This document shows, piece after piece, positions 26,976 through 37,609 of a stretch of 52,662 nucleotides of DNA; the first letter of the stretch is position 1; every line of letters begins with the position of its first letter. The notes under the pieces were generated by a model, which saw only the letters and a program-made list of their open reading frames with translations, was not told the origin of the DNA and made no database searches. The position numbers were made by a program, and so were the translations under genes. This DNA is from a virus (taxonomy: Duplodnaviria; Caudoviricetes): the IMG/VR virus record IMGVR_UViG_3300021446_000131, positions 1-52,662 of that record; one strand, written 5' to 3'.

Positions 26976-29561
26976 ATGACGTCACTGGCTGATATGCAGG
27001 CAACTCCTGAAACACTCGACTTGTTTCTCACAGCCATCGAGTACACCACTGTCGAGACAATGCCCGTCACGCACCTGTTCGGACGTGACGCCTCGGGACA
27101 GCGGCACCACATAGAAGTGACGGGACACAGGCCATCGTTCTACGTGCGTGCTGAGGAATTTACTGACCGTGTCGCTAATCACTACGCTGTTCGTGGACAC
27201 GAACGTGGCTACGAGACGCTTGACGGTGACGATGCCGTGCGAGTGTACACGAACCTGCCAGAGCAGGTACCCGACACACGAGAGTTGTTTGACGAGCACT
27301 TCGAGGCTGACGTGCTGTATGAAAGGCGTTTCCTAATCGACACTGGGATTACCACTGGCGTCCGAGTCGAGTTACATCACGAGAAACAGACGTTGTGTGG
27401 CGGCGACAAACGTGTTCCTGTCAGTGCTGTGTCGCCATGTGAGGCACCTGACGTGGAGCCACGTGTCTGCACTGTCGACATAGAAGTAGCGAGCGAAGAC
27501 GGGTTTCCTGACGCACAAGAGGCGTCTGACCCCGTGGTCAGCATCGTGGCACACGACAGCTACAGTGACGAATACACAGGCTGGTTACTGCGGCCAGACG
27601 ACAGTGACGTAGACGCGTCAGGTGTGTGCAGCCAGACACACGTGTTCGGCGAGGAGGACAGGTTGCTTGATGATTTCAACACATATGTCGACGCGTACGA
27701 ACCTGACCTGCTATCGGGGTGGAACTCGTCTTCGACAAACGTTGGTGACGCTTTCGATTTGCCGTACGTCATAAATCGGTGTCGAGAATTAGGCGTCTGG
27801 TCGTATTTTGACTGGAGCCCGCTCGAAGACGTGTTTGTCACGCGGTTTGGCACGACGGTGGTAGGCGGCGTCGAGACGTTTGACATGCTCGATGCGTATG
27901 TCAAGAGTCAGGTACATACGCTTGACTCGAAGGCACTTGACGACGTGGCAGCCAAGGAGTGTGACGCCAGTAAAGTTGAGTTTGCGGGCAGCCACACTGA
28001 CCTGTGGCGGCGAGACCCAAAACAACTGTTAGAATACAACAGACGTGACGTTGAACTGGTGGTTGACATTGAGCAATCTGGTGGCCTCATAGCGATGTTC
28101 AATCAGCTACGCGAAGTAACTGGTGGGACGTATGACGATTGTTTTGCTGCCATAGACATGCTTGACCCGATGTTTCTGGCGGAGGCGAACGAGCGTGACA
28201 TGTGCCTACCGACTGCGACGGAGCCAGAACGTTCTTGGTTCTACGGTGGGCATGTTCACCAACCCAATGGCGGGCTTCACGAGAATGTGATTTATTGGGA
28301 CGTGGCGTCAATGTACCCGAACATTCTCACGATGTTAAACATTTCGCCAGAGAATATTGTGGGTGTTAACGGAAATGAAGATGAACATGTACATTCCTAC
28401 ATCGACACACGCAGTGAGGACGTGAAGCAGTCTGACGACCCGTCACGTACGAAGTTCTACTACGAGGATAGTGAAGGATTCGTTAGTTCGATTGTTGACG
28501 AGATACTGGTGTTGACTGAACAAACGTCTGGAAAAAGACGAGAAGCCTTAAAGCGGACGCGTAACGCGTGCTGGGGTGTACTTGGTGACGGGGACTCGTA
28601 TGGCACAGGTTTCAGGCTATTCAATTGGAAGATGGGTGAATCTGTGACACTGGCGGGTCAAAGGATACTGAAATGGACGATGGACACGATTGTTGACGAG
28701 CTACACGACCGTGGGTATGACGACGCGTCTGTCGTCGTGGCAGACACGGACGGATGCGGTGTGTCAATACCGTCGCTTGATGGCACTGACGAGGCACAGC
28801 GTCTCGGTGGTGGCATTGCCCAGACGATTAACCAACGATACGAGGACTTCACACAGCAGGAGTTTAACGCTGACAGTGAGATGGAGATAGAAATGGAGTC
28901 CTATGCGACAAAACTGTACACATCGTCATCTAAGAAGCGATACTCGCAACGTGTGTTGTTAGACGACGGTGAAAAGTGCGATGAAATTGTAACGAAGGGA
29001 TTTGAGTGCGTCCGAAGTGACGTGGCAGACGTGACAACTGAGGCCCAAGAGCAGTTGTTTGAGTTGCTGCTGACACAACCGTTAGGGCAGGCGATGGACG
29101 AGTATGGACAGTACCTTCGTGACCTGTTACAGCAGATTGACAGCGGTGAGTATCCACTTGCCAAGTTGGGCCAGACTGGCGGGTTAGGGCAGTCGCTTGA
29201 CAAGTATGGTAGCACAGATAGGACGCCCCAACCGATTTACAGGGGTAGCAAGTTTGCCAATGAACACATCTATGGTGAGAACGCGATTGGCGAAGGTGAC
29301 AGGCCACAGTGGTGGTACATATCAAGCACTGGCGAGTTACCAACAACGTACACTGCTGACACGGCTGAGGATGGACAGAAAGTTGACGCGATAGCTGTGC
29401 TTGACGCTGCTGACCTTCCAGACAGTGTCGAAATTGACACCAGTAAGATGGAGGAGAAAGTAATTGAAGACGCGGTGGCACCCATATTGTCTGACGTAGG
29501 TTACAGGTATGACGACTTAGTTTCGTCACATTCCCAAACCGACGTCTTACAGTTTATGTAG
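26976..29561 (+). CDS. polB: Family B DNA polymerase with 3'-5' exonuclease
   Basis: DIE, GWNS..FDLPY and YNRRD exo motifs; DVASMYP, KRTRNACWG, ADTDG, KKRY, KGFE..RSD. Confidence 0.97.
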   Translation: MTSLADMQATPETLDLFLTAIEYTTVETMPVTHLFGRDASGQRHHIEVTGHRPSFYVRAEEFTDRVANHYAVRGHERGYETLDGDDAVRVYTNLPEQVPDTRELFDEHFEADVLYERRFLIDTGITTGVRVELHHEKQTLCGGDKRVPVSAVSPCEAPDVEPRVCTVDIEVASEDGFPDAQEASDPVVSIVAHDSYSDEYTGWLLRPDDSDVDASGVCSQTHVFGEEDRLLDDFNTYVDAYEPDLLSGWNSSSTNVGDAFDLPYVINRCRELGVWSYFDWSPLEDVFVTRFGTTVVGGVETFDMLDAYVKSQVHTLDSKALDDVAAKECDASKVEFAGSHTDLWRRDPKQLLEYNRRDVELVVDIEQSGGLIAMFNQLREVTGGTYDDCFAAIDMLDPMFLAEANERDMCLPTATEPERSWFYGGHVHQPNGGLHENVIYWDVASMYPNILTMLNISPENIVGVNGNEDEHVHSYIDTRSEDVKQSDDPSRTKFYYEDSEGFVSSIVDEILVLTEQTSGKRREALKRTRNACWGVLGDGDSYGTGFRLFNWKMGESVTLAGQRILKWTMDTIVDELHDRGYDDASVVVADTDGCGVSIPSLDGTDEAQRLGGGIAQTINQRYEDFTQQEFNADSEMEIEMESYATKLYTSSSKKRYSQRVLLDDGEKCDEIVTKGFECVRSDVADVTTEAQEQLFELLLTQPLGQAMDEYGQYLRDLLQQIDSGEYPLAKLGQTGGLGQSLDKYGSTDRTPQPIYRGSKFANEHIYGENAIGEGDRPQWWYISSTGELPTTYTADTAEDGQKVDAIAVLDAADLPDSVEIDTSKMEEKVIEDAVAPILSDVGYRYDDLVSSHSQTDVLQFM

Positions 29562-29640
29562 CTGAGGTACCCCACACGGTTACATTTTCCATATAAAGTG
29601 TAAACGACAGTTTTAAGCACGTGTGGCGCGTAACACGGAT

Positions 29641-30354
29641 ATGGCTGACACTTGTCACGGGTGTGGAAATGACTATGAGCGTATAGCTCAACATTGGGCG
29701 TTGTCAGACTGTAACCAGAAACGATTTGATGAATATCAACATGAAGTTTTAACTGGCCTTTTGATGGGAGACGGGGGGATGTCGTGGTCTGATGATAGAA
29801 ATGCTCCTCAAATGCACATTGAGGTAGCGGAGAAAGATTATGTTAAATACTTGTCTTCTGATGTCTTTCCTACGCTTAGTGGTGACGTTTATGATGGCAT
29901 GACAGCCGAAGGACATGCCTACAGCCAACGTGAACATGGGAATCAAAACGCGAAGGCAGAAGATTATAGCGACACGTTTAGACTTTGTATAATGACACAC
30001 TCTGGTCTAACGCGCTACATAGACTGGTATGATGATAGTGGTAAAAGGTTTCCAGAAGGACTAAAGCTGACTCCTACTACTCTAAAACATTGGTATTGTT
30101 GCGACGGACATTTACAGCAAGGTGTTGAAGTTGAGATGCCCTGTGCCAACGAGTGCGAAAATAGAGACAAGATTGTGAGCATGTTCGAGTGGGCGGGTTT
30201 TGAAGACTTCTCTTGGGACAGGTACGAGAGCCTTGGCGATAGGAAAGATGCTGCTCGCATACGCTTACGGAAGGATGGAGTAAAGTGGTTCTTCCGATAC
30301 ATTGGCGACCCACTGCCAGGCTTCGAGTACAAGTGGCCTGAGCACAAGCGTTAA
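29641..30354 (+). CDS. Zn-finger LAGLIDADG homing endonuclease (copy 3)
   Basis: CHGCG..HW..C; GLLMGDG; LKHWYCCDG; TTTTAA box upstream. Confidence 0.85.
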   Translation: MADTCHGCGNDYERIAQHWALSDCNQKRFDEYQHEVLTGLLMGDGGMSWSDDRNAPQMHIEVAEKDYVKYLSSDVFPTLSGDVYDGMTAEGHAYSQREHGNQNAKAEDYSDTFRLCIMTHSGLTRYIDWYDDSGKRFPEGLKLTPTTLKHWYCCDGHLQQGVEVEMPCANECENRDKIVSMFEWAGFEDFSWDRYESLGDRKDAARIRLRKDGVKWFFRYIGDPLPGFEYKWPEHKR

Positions 30355-30381
30355 GTGTTTTCGTCCCTTAGTAAGAATTGG

Positions 30382-30753
30382 ATGAAGCCGCTTGACACAG
30401 ACCTGAGCGAGCACTTTGATGAAGAGAGTGCGAAAGAAGATGATGCTGAACTACAGTATCAACACTACGAGCTTGACGAACAACACGAAGTTACAATTAG
30501 TGAGTCTCTTGATGAAAAAATAACTGTTAGCTGCCAACAGTTTATTGTTCTCTCAGTAACTTACCCCGTCAGTGAGTTGCTGTCGGCTGTTGCAGAAGAA
30601 CGATTTGATGGAAACGTCCCTGAGCGCACTACCGACCTAAAGGTGAAACACTCGAATGAAGATGGGGACGTCGGTGTCGCCGTAGACGCTTACCGTGACA
30701 CTGACATGGACGTTGACGAGGCAGCAGAAACCTTCGCGGCTGAATATGAGTGA
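30382..30753 (+). CDS. Hypothetical acidic protein
   Basis: Very acidic ORF from MKPLDTD. Confidence 0.65.
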   Translation: MKPLDTDLSEHFDEESAKEDDAELQYQHYELDEQHEVTISESLDEKITVSCQQFIVLSVTYPVSELLSAVAEERFDGNVPERTTDLKVKHSNEDGDVGVAVDAYRDTDMDVDEAAETFAAEYE

Positions 30754-30866
30754 CGAGCGGCCCCAAGAGCCAGTGTGGGAGGCTGTCATGGAACTGGAAC
30801 GGCAGCATTACACGAAGGCTGAGATAGCAGACATGTTGCGAGACGTGGCGCTGGGTGTTGAGACAG

Positions 30867-31367
30867 ATGCGAGTTGAGAACCGCGACCCTGACACGCTTG
30901 ACAGGCCCGAGTGGAACAGCCTACAGGAAAATTACGAAAAACACGATGATGCCGAGGCCACGTTTCTGGAACAACTGCCTGAGTGGGTCGAGGTAGAGGC
31001 GTTTGGCATCGACAGACGCCATGAAGACGAGCAGTTGATTTACGATGAAAAACCTGACTTTCGGCTCCACGTCGATGGTGAACCGCAGGCGCTTGTCGAT
31101 GTGAAAAGCAAGTCACGACACACGTACATGCAAGAGTGTAACGAACGTCACTATCGCAAGTACGTGGCGAAGGCAGACGAGTTGGACCTGCCAGCCCTCG
31201 TCTGGTTTTACAACATTGCAGAAGACACGGGTGTGCTGTGTGATGCCACTGATGTGGCGACAACGACGTCCGAACACGGGTTAGACTCGTGGCCTGATGG
31301 GAACAACAGAGCACGACTCAAAAGCACTGTTTCGTGGAACGCGTTTATACAAGAGTTACAATCATGA
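30867..31367 (+). CDS. PD-(D/E)XK restriction-endonuclease-fold nuclease
   Basis: AE...KPDF...LVDVKSK. Confidence 0.7.
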   Translation: MRVENRDPDTLDRPEWNSLQENYEKHDDAEATFLEQLPEWVEVEAFGIDRRHEDEQLIYDEKPDFRLHVDGEPQALVDVKSKSRHTYMQECNERHYRKYVAKADELDLPALVWFYNIAEDTGVLCDATDVATTTSEHGLDSWPDGNNRARLKSTVSWNAFIQELQS

Positions 31368-32375
31368 CAGAAAACGACACTAACGAGAACGACGGCCCCG
31401 AAGAACAGAACGCCGAGGAAAACGACTTTGACGACCTGTTTAGTCGACGCCCCCTTGACGAGTTGAGCGTCAACACGCTTGGCGACCCCGACGAATGGCC
31501 TGTGATGCGGGCGCTGGCCCGAGATGTGCATCAGCATGGTGAGTGCCACGTTACGGTTGAAGAACACGACGACGAGTTAGAAGTCCGTATCGGCACGACT
31601 GTGTTTGACTTCTCTAATGGTTTATTGAGTATCAAAACAGAGGCTGGCTACGACAACTTGAGAGTGGGTATGGACAGAGTCGTCTCGTGGTATCTCCCGC
31701 ACGAACCTTGGCATTAACCATGAGTGGCTGGAGCGTCATGACAGTGCATCCGCCCAAGTCGCTGGCGATACAGTCACGTAACGCGGCTGAGAAGACAATT
31801 GAAGCGCGGCTGTCTTCGTTGCGCCCTGAGTCGTCTGACGGGTACGCTGAACGAACGTGTCAACTGCCACGTGGCACGGCCACCTACGCGGAAGGCGACT
31901 TTGGTGGCAGTGATGTTGCCGACGAAATGTTCGAGGAGATTCCAGAAGCCAAGTGGATAGTCATCACTGACGCCAACGACACGTCTGACTGTGGCACGGC
32001 AGAGGTGTACAAACGAGACGACGGTGAGACGGTTGGTGTCGACACGTTCCTTGGCTACGAGGGAGCCCGTGGCAGAGATGTCGTTGGCATGGCCCGTGAG
32101 GAGTATGGACTGGACTGTTACGTGTCACACGAAGCATGACTGCAAAACACCTACAGAGCGGTACGGACGCTGATGAAGACAACATAGCCTACGCACTGGC
32201 GGCACTCGCAATGGACATCTTCGAGGATGATGTTTACTGTGAGGCGTATGAAACGACTGTCACGATAGAGGCCGAGGAAGCAGTCGAGTACGAGCTATCA
32301 CTCGGCGTGGTGACGTCAGACGAGTCGCGCTTTACAGAGGTGTTCGAACATCACGCGATTAATGATGAAACATGA
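31364..32375 (+). CDS. Three hypothetical acidic proteins (31364..31717, 31720..32139, 32136..32375)
   Basis: Tightly packed or overlapping ORFs with acidic composition. Confidence 0.6.
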
Positions 32376-32890
32376 GCCACGCCTATGAGCACACGATTGC
32401 GAACGAGGTGTATGAAAACATCAGTGGCGTGAAGGCGTACGTGGCTGGCTATTCGGGCAACTCACGTATCCCACAACCCGACGTGTTATTGACACAGCCA
32501 CATGGACATTGCCATGCGATTGAGAGCAAAGGTCCGTTGCAGAGTGACAGGTGTTACATCGACAAAGATGACATCGAGCAACTAATTGCGTGTGAGGGCG
32601 CCTCCACCGCTGTGTATCTGCTAATCAAGTTCAGCCGACGGAAGCCACTTGTCACGCGATACTACGACGATATTACGAGACGCGACTGGGAAAACAAGAC
32701 GCCTGCCGAGAAGTTCGCTGCGATAATACCAGACTGCTTTGACGCTCGTGTCACGGACAGTGGGGCGCTGGCACTCGATAGGCCATCAACAGAACGGTGG
32801 GATTCGGCAACTGTCTCACCGCCCGACTGGCAAGTTGTTGCAGAGTCATGTGGCATTCGGACAGACGCCTCGACTGACATAGATGTATGA
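32372..32890 (+). CDS. hjc: Archaeal-type Holliday junction resolvase
   Basis: YE...GYSG...PDVLL...AIESK...L.....KF pattern. Confidence 0.85.
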   Translation: MSHAYEHTIANEVYENISGVKAYVAGYSGNSRIPQPDVLLTQPHGHCHAIESKGPLQSDRCYIDKDDIEQLIACEGASTAVYLLIKFSRRKPLVTRYYDDITRRDWENKTPAEKFAAIIPDCFDARVTDSGALALDRPSTERWDSATVSPPDWQVVAESCGIRTDASTDIDV

Positions 32891-33135
32891 ATGAACACAT
32901 GCCTACTCGACAGAATATGAAAAACAAACAAACGTTCGACAAGTGGGACACACTGCTGTACCTGGCAGCGTTACTTGACGAGTACGTAGAGCGGTACAAC
33001 TCGCTGCCACACAATGCAGATGAAAAACGAAAACGAGACAAGTATGGTGCGTGGACCATCACCCGTGTTATGCTGCACTTTGATGAAGCAGTTTCTGACA
33101 GAGCAGTAGACTACCTGCACGAAAAGAACGTGTAA
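32887..33135 (+). CDS. Hypothetical protein
   Basis: Last + strand ORF, overlaps the hjc stop. Confidence 0.5.
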   Translation: MNEHMPTRQNMKNKQTFDKWDTLLYLAALLDEYVERYNSLPHNADEKRKRDKYGAWTITRVMLHFDEAVSDRAVDYLHEKNV

Positions 33136-33438
33136 ACTGGCGAGTCGCCTCGCGTCTTCTCGCCTTACTTCGTAAGCCAAGAAGCGCGTCATGGGTTTGC
33201 TGGAAGCATGTTGTTGCCGCTCGAACCCACCCCTGACGCGCATCAAAGTGGTTCCATTTTGTCAGAGGCCAAACGGGTCTGAGCGGTCGCGTAGGACACG
33301 GCCACAGTTCTGACACACCGTCTTACAGTGACGTTTGTACGGACAACCGTGACACCGAGGACACTTGTTGTCTGTCATACTGGCAATTAAAATTGCGTCT
33401 TCTCAGTTCGCTTCACGAACGAAGAAGGTGCCTCAAAT

Positions 33439-33529
33439 CGCGTCACATGCCTGCCTAAGAGGTTTCTTCTTGTAGCAAGGATGTACCACGCGTGACTCCA
33501 CAAACGTGCTCAGACAGGCATGTGACGCG
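33439..33529 (+). repeat. 91-bp hairpin element, copy D (preceded by the two-hairpin module at 33379-33428)
   Basis: TIR changed on both arms to CGCGTCACATGCCTG/CAGGCATGTGACGCG; ungapped alignment. Confidence 0.8.
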
Positions 33530-33549
33530 ATTCACGTACCTGTCTCGTC

Positions 33550-34061
33550 TCAGCGGTCCACAGAAAAGAAATCGTCTGCTTCGGGATTTTCCTTGAACCC
33601 GTCAGGCCCGTCGCCAAGAACGCTACTGTCCTGAACGTGCGTGCTGCTCAAGCTGTTTGCACACCGATAGCAAATCGGTTTTGGTCTAACCCATGAGACT
33701 AACGGCATGGGTTTGTCACACTTTGGGCAATTCGTTACTTGCGATTCGTCAGCACGAATCGCATGTGTGCTACTCGTAGAACGAGTAGCAAACGTCGATG
33801 GATTGTGATTGAATGGTGTCATTGTTGTTATGGATAAGCTCTTTTGTAGCCGCCGACGGGCCTGACACGACCGTCAGACTCTTGTCGCTGGTCCCAGAAC
33901 TGTTGCCAGGGGTCGGACTGTGGCGCCCTTTTAGTTCTCTTGGGGCAATACCAGCAGTTCTCACAAACCAGCAGGTAATCTTGTTTCTTAAAGTAACTTA
34001 TATCCTGTTCCTCCGTATCAGAGTCGTTACACAGCGGACAGATTCTTTCTGTTGATTGCAT
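33550..34061 (-). CDS. Two Zn-ribbon microproteins (33550..33822, 33828..34061)
   Basis: CPKC..CYRC; CPLC..CENC. Confidence 0.55.
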
Positions 34062-34792
34062 TATCTCCCCAGTCCTAAGTCACTTCTATTGTTGGGCCAC
34101 TTGTACTCGAATCCTGGGAGCGAGTTGCCAATGTATCGGAAGAACCACTTAGTCCCCTCCTTGTTAAAATATATTCTTGCGGCATCCCCGTAGTTGCCTT
34201 GGGATGCGTATGTCGACCAGCCAAAATCATCAAACCCTGCCCATCTAAGAAGGCTTGAAACCTTATCTTGGTTCTCACGCTCGTTGGCTGCTGCTATCCG
34301 AGCACGTCCTTTTTCTTGGTCAAAGTCCCCATCTGAAATGAACCAATGCTTGAGTGTTGTGGGTGTCAGTTTAATATTTTCTGGAAAGACCTTAGAACCA
34401 GAAGAATACCATTTGACATACTTTTGAATCCCAGGGTGGCACATGGTACGCCAACTGTAAAGGTCAGAGTAATTCTTCGGTTTGGCTTTTGGGCTAAACC
34501 CTGTATTTCTACAATGTTTTGCGCTTTCTTCGGCCTTCGTGTCTTTCCTAACATTTCCGCTAAGCAACGGGAAAACATTTTCTGATAGGTAATTTAAGTA
34601 CCTTTCAGAAATCATTTTGACTCGGACGGCGGGCTCCTTGCTTGGTCTATGCAAGTTACCATCACCCATTAATATTCCCGTTAAAACTTCATGTTGGTAA
34701 TCGGACAGATTTGGACGAGAGCACCCCGACTGGTCCCAGTGACAAGCTATTTTCTCATATCTTCTACCACACTGGTGGCAAGTGTCAGTCAT
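34061..34792 (-). CDS. Zn-finger LAGLIDADG homing endonuclease (copy 4)
   Basis: CHQCG..HW..C; GILMGDG; LKHWFISDG. Confidence 0.85.
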   Translation of the reverse strand: MTDTCHQCGRRYEKIACHWDQSGCSRPNLSDYQHEVLTGILMGDGNLHRPSKEPAVRVKMISERYLNYLSENVFPLLSGNVRKDTKAEESAKHCRNTGFSPKAKPKNYSDLYSWRTMCHPGIQKYVKWYSSGSKVFPENIKLTPTTLKHWFISDGDFDQEKGRARIAAANERENQDKVSSLLRWAGFDDFGWSTYASQGNYGDAARIYFNKEGTKWFFRYIGNSLPGFEYKWPNNRSDLGLGR

Positions 34793-35697
34793 GTGTCGTC
34801 CTCATACGCTCTATCAATGCAGGCTTGAAACTCGTCTTCGATGTCTCCACGCCCGTTATAGCTGTAGTCACCGTACTGGTCTTCAAACCAGTTGTCTGTG
34901 GTAAACCAGTCTGCATTGCCAGAGACGTGCAGCGGACGCTCACTGGAATGAACTTGTGTTTCCTGTGTATCGGGTGACAGTCGAATGACCTCACACCTGT
35001 CAACAGTTGTGGGAAGGTCAGGGTCTTGCTCGACTGCCATTGCATACGCATACACTTGGGCTACATGTTTCTGTCGTAGCCCCGAGCTTGTTTTCAGGTC
35101 AGCCAGAACAGTTTCGCCGCTTGGTGACTCATAGAGCAGGTCACACTGCCCCCCAAACCCGTGTTTATGGTCTAAGAGATACTGCTCCACGGCTATCACA
35201 GACCTCCCGTAGATGCCTAACTCTCGCTTCAGGTCTGCAAACTCGTCTGCAACCCACTCCACGTCGTTGTGTATGACAGCCGAGAAACCGTCACCCTCGT
35301 TGAATGTGTCACGGGTCAGACTGTCATCCTTGTTTTTGACAGCACTGTAGTGGATGTCTGCCATTCCGTGAGAAGCGTCAGTAAACTCACCGTCCTGGGG
35401 GCCGTTGTTCAGTGCTTCTAAAGACGCCTGTTCCTCTTCTCCCCACAACTGTCTCTCAGCAAGTGGTTCTAAACAACGCCAGTGAGCAAGCGTTCCTCTA
35501 ATGCCAGCAACCCACATGACATGTTCATAATGCTTGTCGTCTCCATTTCCTTGGTTGTTACGACGCCAATACTGTAGTCCTGTTTTATCCTCGTCCAAGT
35601 AGTCGAGGACGGTTGTCACGGACATGACCGACTTGTTATTCGAGTGATACCACCGACGTCCACGTTCGTCACTCCCCCGCGTAACCCCGTTCACCAT
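34789..35697 (-). CDS. PD-(D/E)XK exonuclease (RecB/Cas4-like fold)
   Basis: SVTTVL, RGTLAH, GQCDLL, LADLKTS, QVYAY. Confidence 0.85.
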   Translation of the reverse strand: MVNGVTRGSDERGRRWYHSNNKSVMSVTTVLDYLDEDKTGLQYWRRNNQGNGDDKHYEHVMWVAGIRGTLAHWRCLEPLAERQLWGEEEQASLEALNNGPQDGEFTDASHGMADIHYSAVKNKDDSLTRDTFNEGDGFSAVIHNDVEWVADEFADLKRELGIYGRSVIAVEQYLLDHKHGFGGQCDLLYESPSGETVLADLKTSSGLRQKHVAQVYAYAMAVEQDPDLPTTVDRCEVIRLSPDTQETQVHSSERPLHVSGNADWFTTDNWFEDQYGDYSYNGRGDIEDEFQACIDRAYEDDT

Positions 35698-35748
35698 TAT
35701 ACATATCTACGCGCTCCACTGGTTTAACTGTTTCGATTCTGATACGTG

Positions 35749-36102
35749 TCACTCGTCAGAGTCGCCACCGTCCTCAGAAACTGCCGCGCTCTCAGACAAC
35801 TGCTCTTCGCCACGGCCCTCCTTCTCCAAGGCTATTCCTTCGCCACGGGCCAGGTCAAGCAGCGTCTTGATGCGCCGCTTGCCATAGACGTCCAAGGCAG
35901 TCAGGGCCGTGAGAAAGAAGATAACTGGAACGACGAGATTGTTGAGGACGGTCGTTGCCGAGATGTCACCTGCAATCATGATGCGACCGACGTAGATGTT
36001 GTAGGCGAGTGCCGAGGACAGAATGAGTGTCGACAGCCCGACGACTGTGAGCCACCCGAGTGACACGATGTCATCGGCGTCCCAACCGTCGCTTAAGTCC
36101 AT
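35749..36102 (-). CDS. Two-TM membrane protein (possible holin-like lysis protein)
   Basis: Two hydrophobic helices, charged tail, at the end of the tail operon. Confidence 0.55.
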   Translation of the reverse strand: MDLSDGWDADDIVSLGWLTVVGLSTLILSSALAYNIYVGRIMIAGDISATTVLNNLVVPVIFFLTALTALDVYGKRRIKTLLDLARGEGIALEKEGRGEEQLSESAAVSEDGGDSDE

Positions 36103-36172
36103 TGTGTTAGTAAATTGTAAAATAGGCTACTGTTACTCAGTTAATTATTATTACGATAATCGTGTAAACGTG

Positions 36173-36391
36173 TCACGTGATTGTCGCCTCAGCAATGGCG
36201 ATGATGCCAAGCACCTTCATGAACCACCCACAGAGAAATCCGACACGCCAGTAGTGCTTTTCACCTTCCTGGTACTCCTTTTCAGGCCATCCGACCAGTC
36301 CGATGTAGAAACCGTTTCCAAATGCGTGCCACTCGGCGTACGTCAAGTGGCTGCGGTCCGTCTCGAAGATGTTGTCGTCTTCTCGTGGCAT
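36173..36391 (-). CDS. Small membrane-associated protein
   Basis: EWHAFGNG...EKHYW, hydrophobic C-terminus. Confidence 0.55.
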   Translation of the reverse strand: MPREDDNIFETDRSHLTYAEWHAFGNGFYIGLVGWPEKEYQEGEKHYWRVGFLCGWFMKVLGIIAIAEATIT

Positions 36392-36508
36392 TGTATAAAT
36401 TGATTGTTGGATGTCAGGTGTCTGTGACGCGTCAGTGGCTTGGTGGTGACACTATACTGTCTCGCGGCACTGACAATATATTGACGCGCCTCACGCCACT
36501 GACACGTT

Positions 36509-37081
36509 TCACGTCTCTTCAATCTCAACCTTATGGCCTGCCGCAGTGGCACCTTCGAGGATGGTGTTAATCGTGTCCGCACCCAGCGTGGCCTCTCGTG
36601 CCGTCTGGCTATCGACTTCCACCTTAAACGTGGCAGGGTCGTCTTCCAGGTCGATGGGGAAGGATAGGTCGTTGCTGTCCACGTCAACCTCGTACGCCTC
36701 GGCAGTCAACTGCATCAACTCGTTTGTAGTCCCCGACGCGATACTTGCCATGCCAGCAAGCACAATGCGTTGTCGTAAACTGGCGTCGGACTCGCCACTC
36801 CGACGTGTCACGTTGAGTAACAAGCCAATCCTGTCGAGCGCCCCCCCAAGGGCTGTGGCGACTGTGTGGTCAAGGACTGGCAGCCGCGACTGGAAACTGA
36901 TGCGGTCTAACTCCTCGGCTAACGCCGCTTCAATGTCGTGCAGTTCGCCACCCGACTCGACGTCAATGACAGTGTCGGCGAAGGCGGCACGTAACTCACG
37001 TAGGGCACCACTGTCGGGGTAGCCGCCGTCACCGTAGGTGCCGCTGCCGTAGCCGCCTCGTCCATAGCCTACGTGCGACAT
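36509..37081 (-). CDS. Baseplate wedge protein (P2 gpI-like)
   Basis: TALGGALDRIG..RRSGESDASLRQRI...AAGH. Confidence 0.75.
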   Translation of the reverse strand: MSHVGYGRGGYGSGTYGDGGYPDSGALRELRAAFADTVIDVESGGELHDIEAALAEELDRISFQSRLPVLDHTVATALGGALDRIGLLLNVTRRSGESDASLRQRIVLAGMASIASGTTNELMQLTAEAYEVDVDSNDLSFPIDLEDDPATFKVEVDSQTAREATLGADTINTILEGATAAGHKVEIEET

Positions 37082-37087
37082 ACTAAA

Positions 37088-37600
37088 TTATAATCGCACG
37101 CCAAATGTGGGACTGCCGAGACGAAGTTCTACCTCCGAAGACCCATCTCCCGAACGGATTTGCGTTCGGTACTCAAAGATGTCTGTCGTTGGCGTATATT
37201 CCTCAGGTTGAATGCTAAACCACGTCTCTGATGAAATCCCCACCTCCTCACACATCATCTCGTTATCTACTACGTTATACACTCTCACGTCAATTGTCGT
37301 TCCGCTCAGTTCCGTAACCCGACCGTCGAACCAGACTGCTGCGGTGCCTGACGACGGGCCAAACAGACTCCAGTTAATAACCCCTCTGCCATTATTGGCG
37401 GCGATTTCGTACGTGCCTGACGTGGTGCCAGTCTTCCCCGTTGATGTACCCGACCCATAGATGAGCGGTATGTAATCGCCTTTCTCATACCCTGCCTCTT
37501 TGAGCGTTTCAAACGGCTGACTATCCGCCGAGTCAGTAATCTGACTCGTTTCAATGGACTCTGCTTCAACTGGAGTGTCAGATGAACCTAAGTTACTCAT
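37088..37600 (-). CDS. Putative tail-fibre adhesin / receptor-binding protein
   Basis: Beta-rich ORF directly after the tail fibre gene. Confidence 0.5.
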   Translation of the reverse strand: MSNLGSSDTPVEAESIETSQITDSADSQPFETLKEAGYEKGDYIPLIYGSGTSTGKTGTTSGTYEIAANNGRGVINWSLFGPSSGTAAVWFDGRVTELSGTTIDVRVYNVVDNEMMCEEVGISSETWFSIQPEEYTPTTDIFEYRTQIRSGDGSSEVELRLGSPTFGVRL

Positions 37601-37609
37601 AATTGTTGA

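Noticed and set aside
26976-30354. Intein or intron in polB linked to the adjacent LAGLIDADG gene
   Set aside because: PolB motifs are contiguous and of normal length; the endonuclease is a separate ORF with its own TATA-like box
34789-35697. Cas4 proper
   Set aside because: Lacks the four-Cys Fe-S cluster pattern; better called a generic PD-(D/E)XK exonuclease
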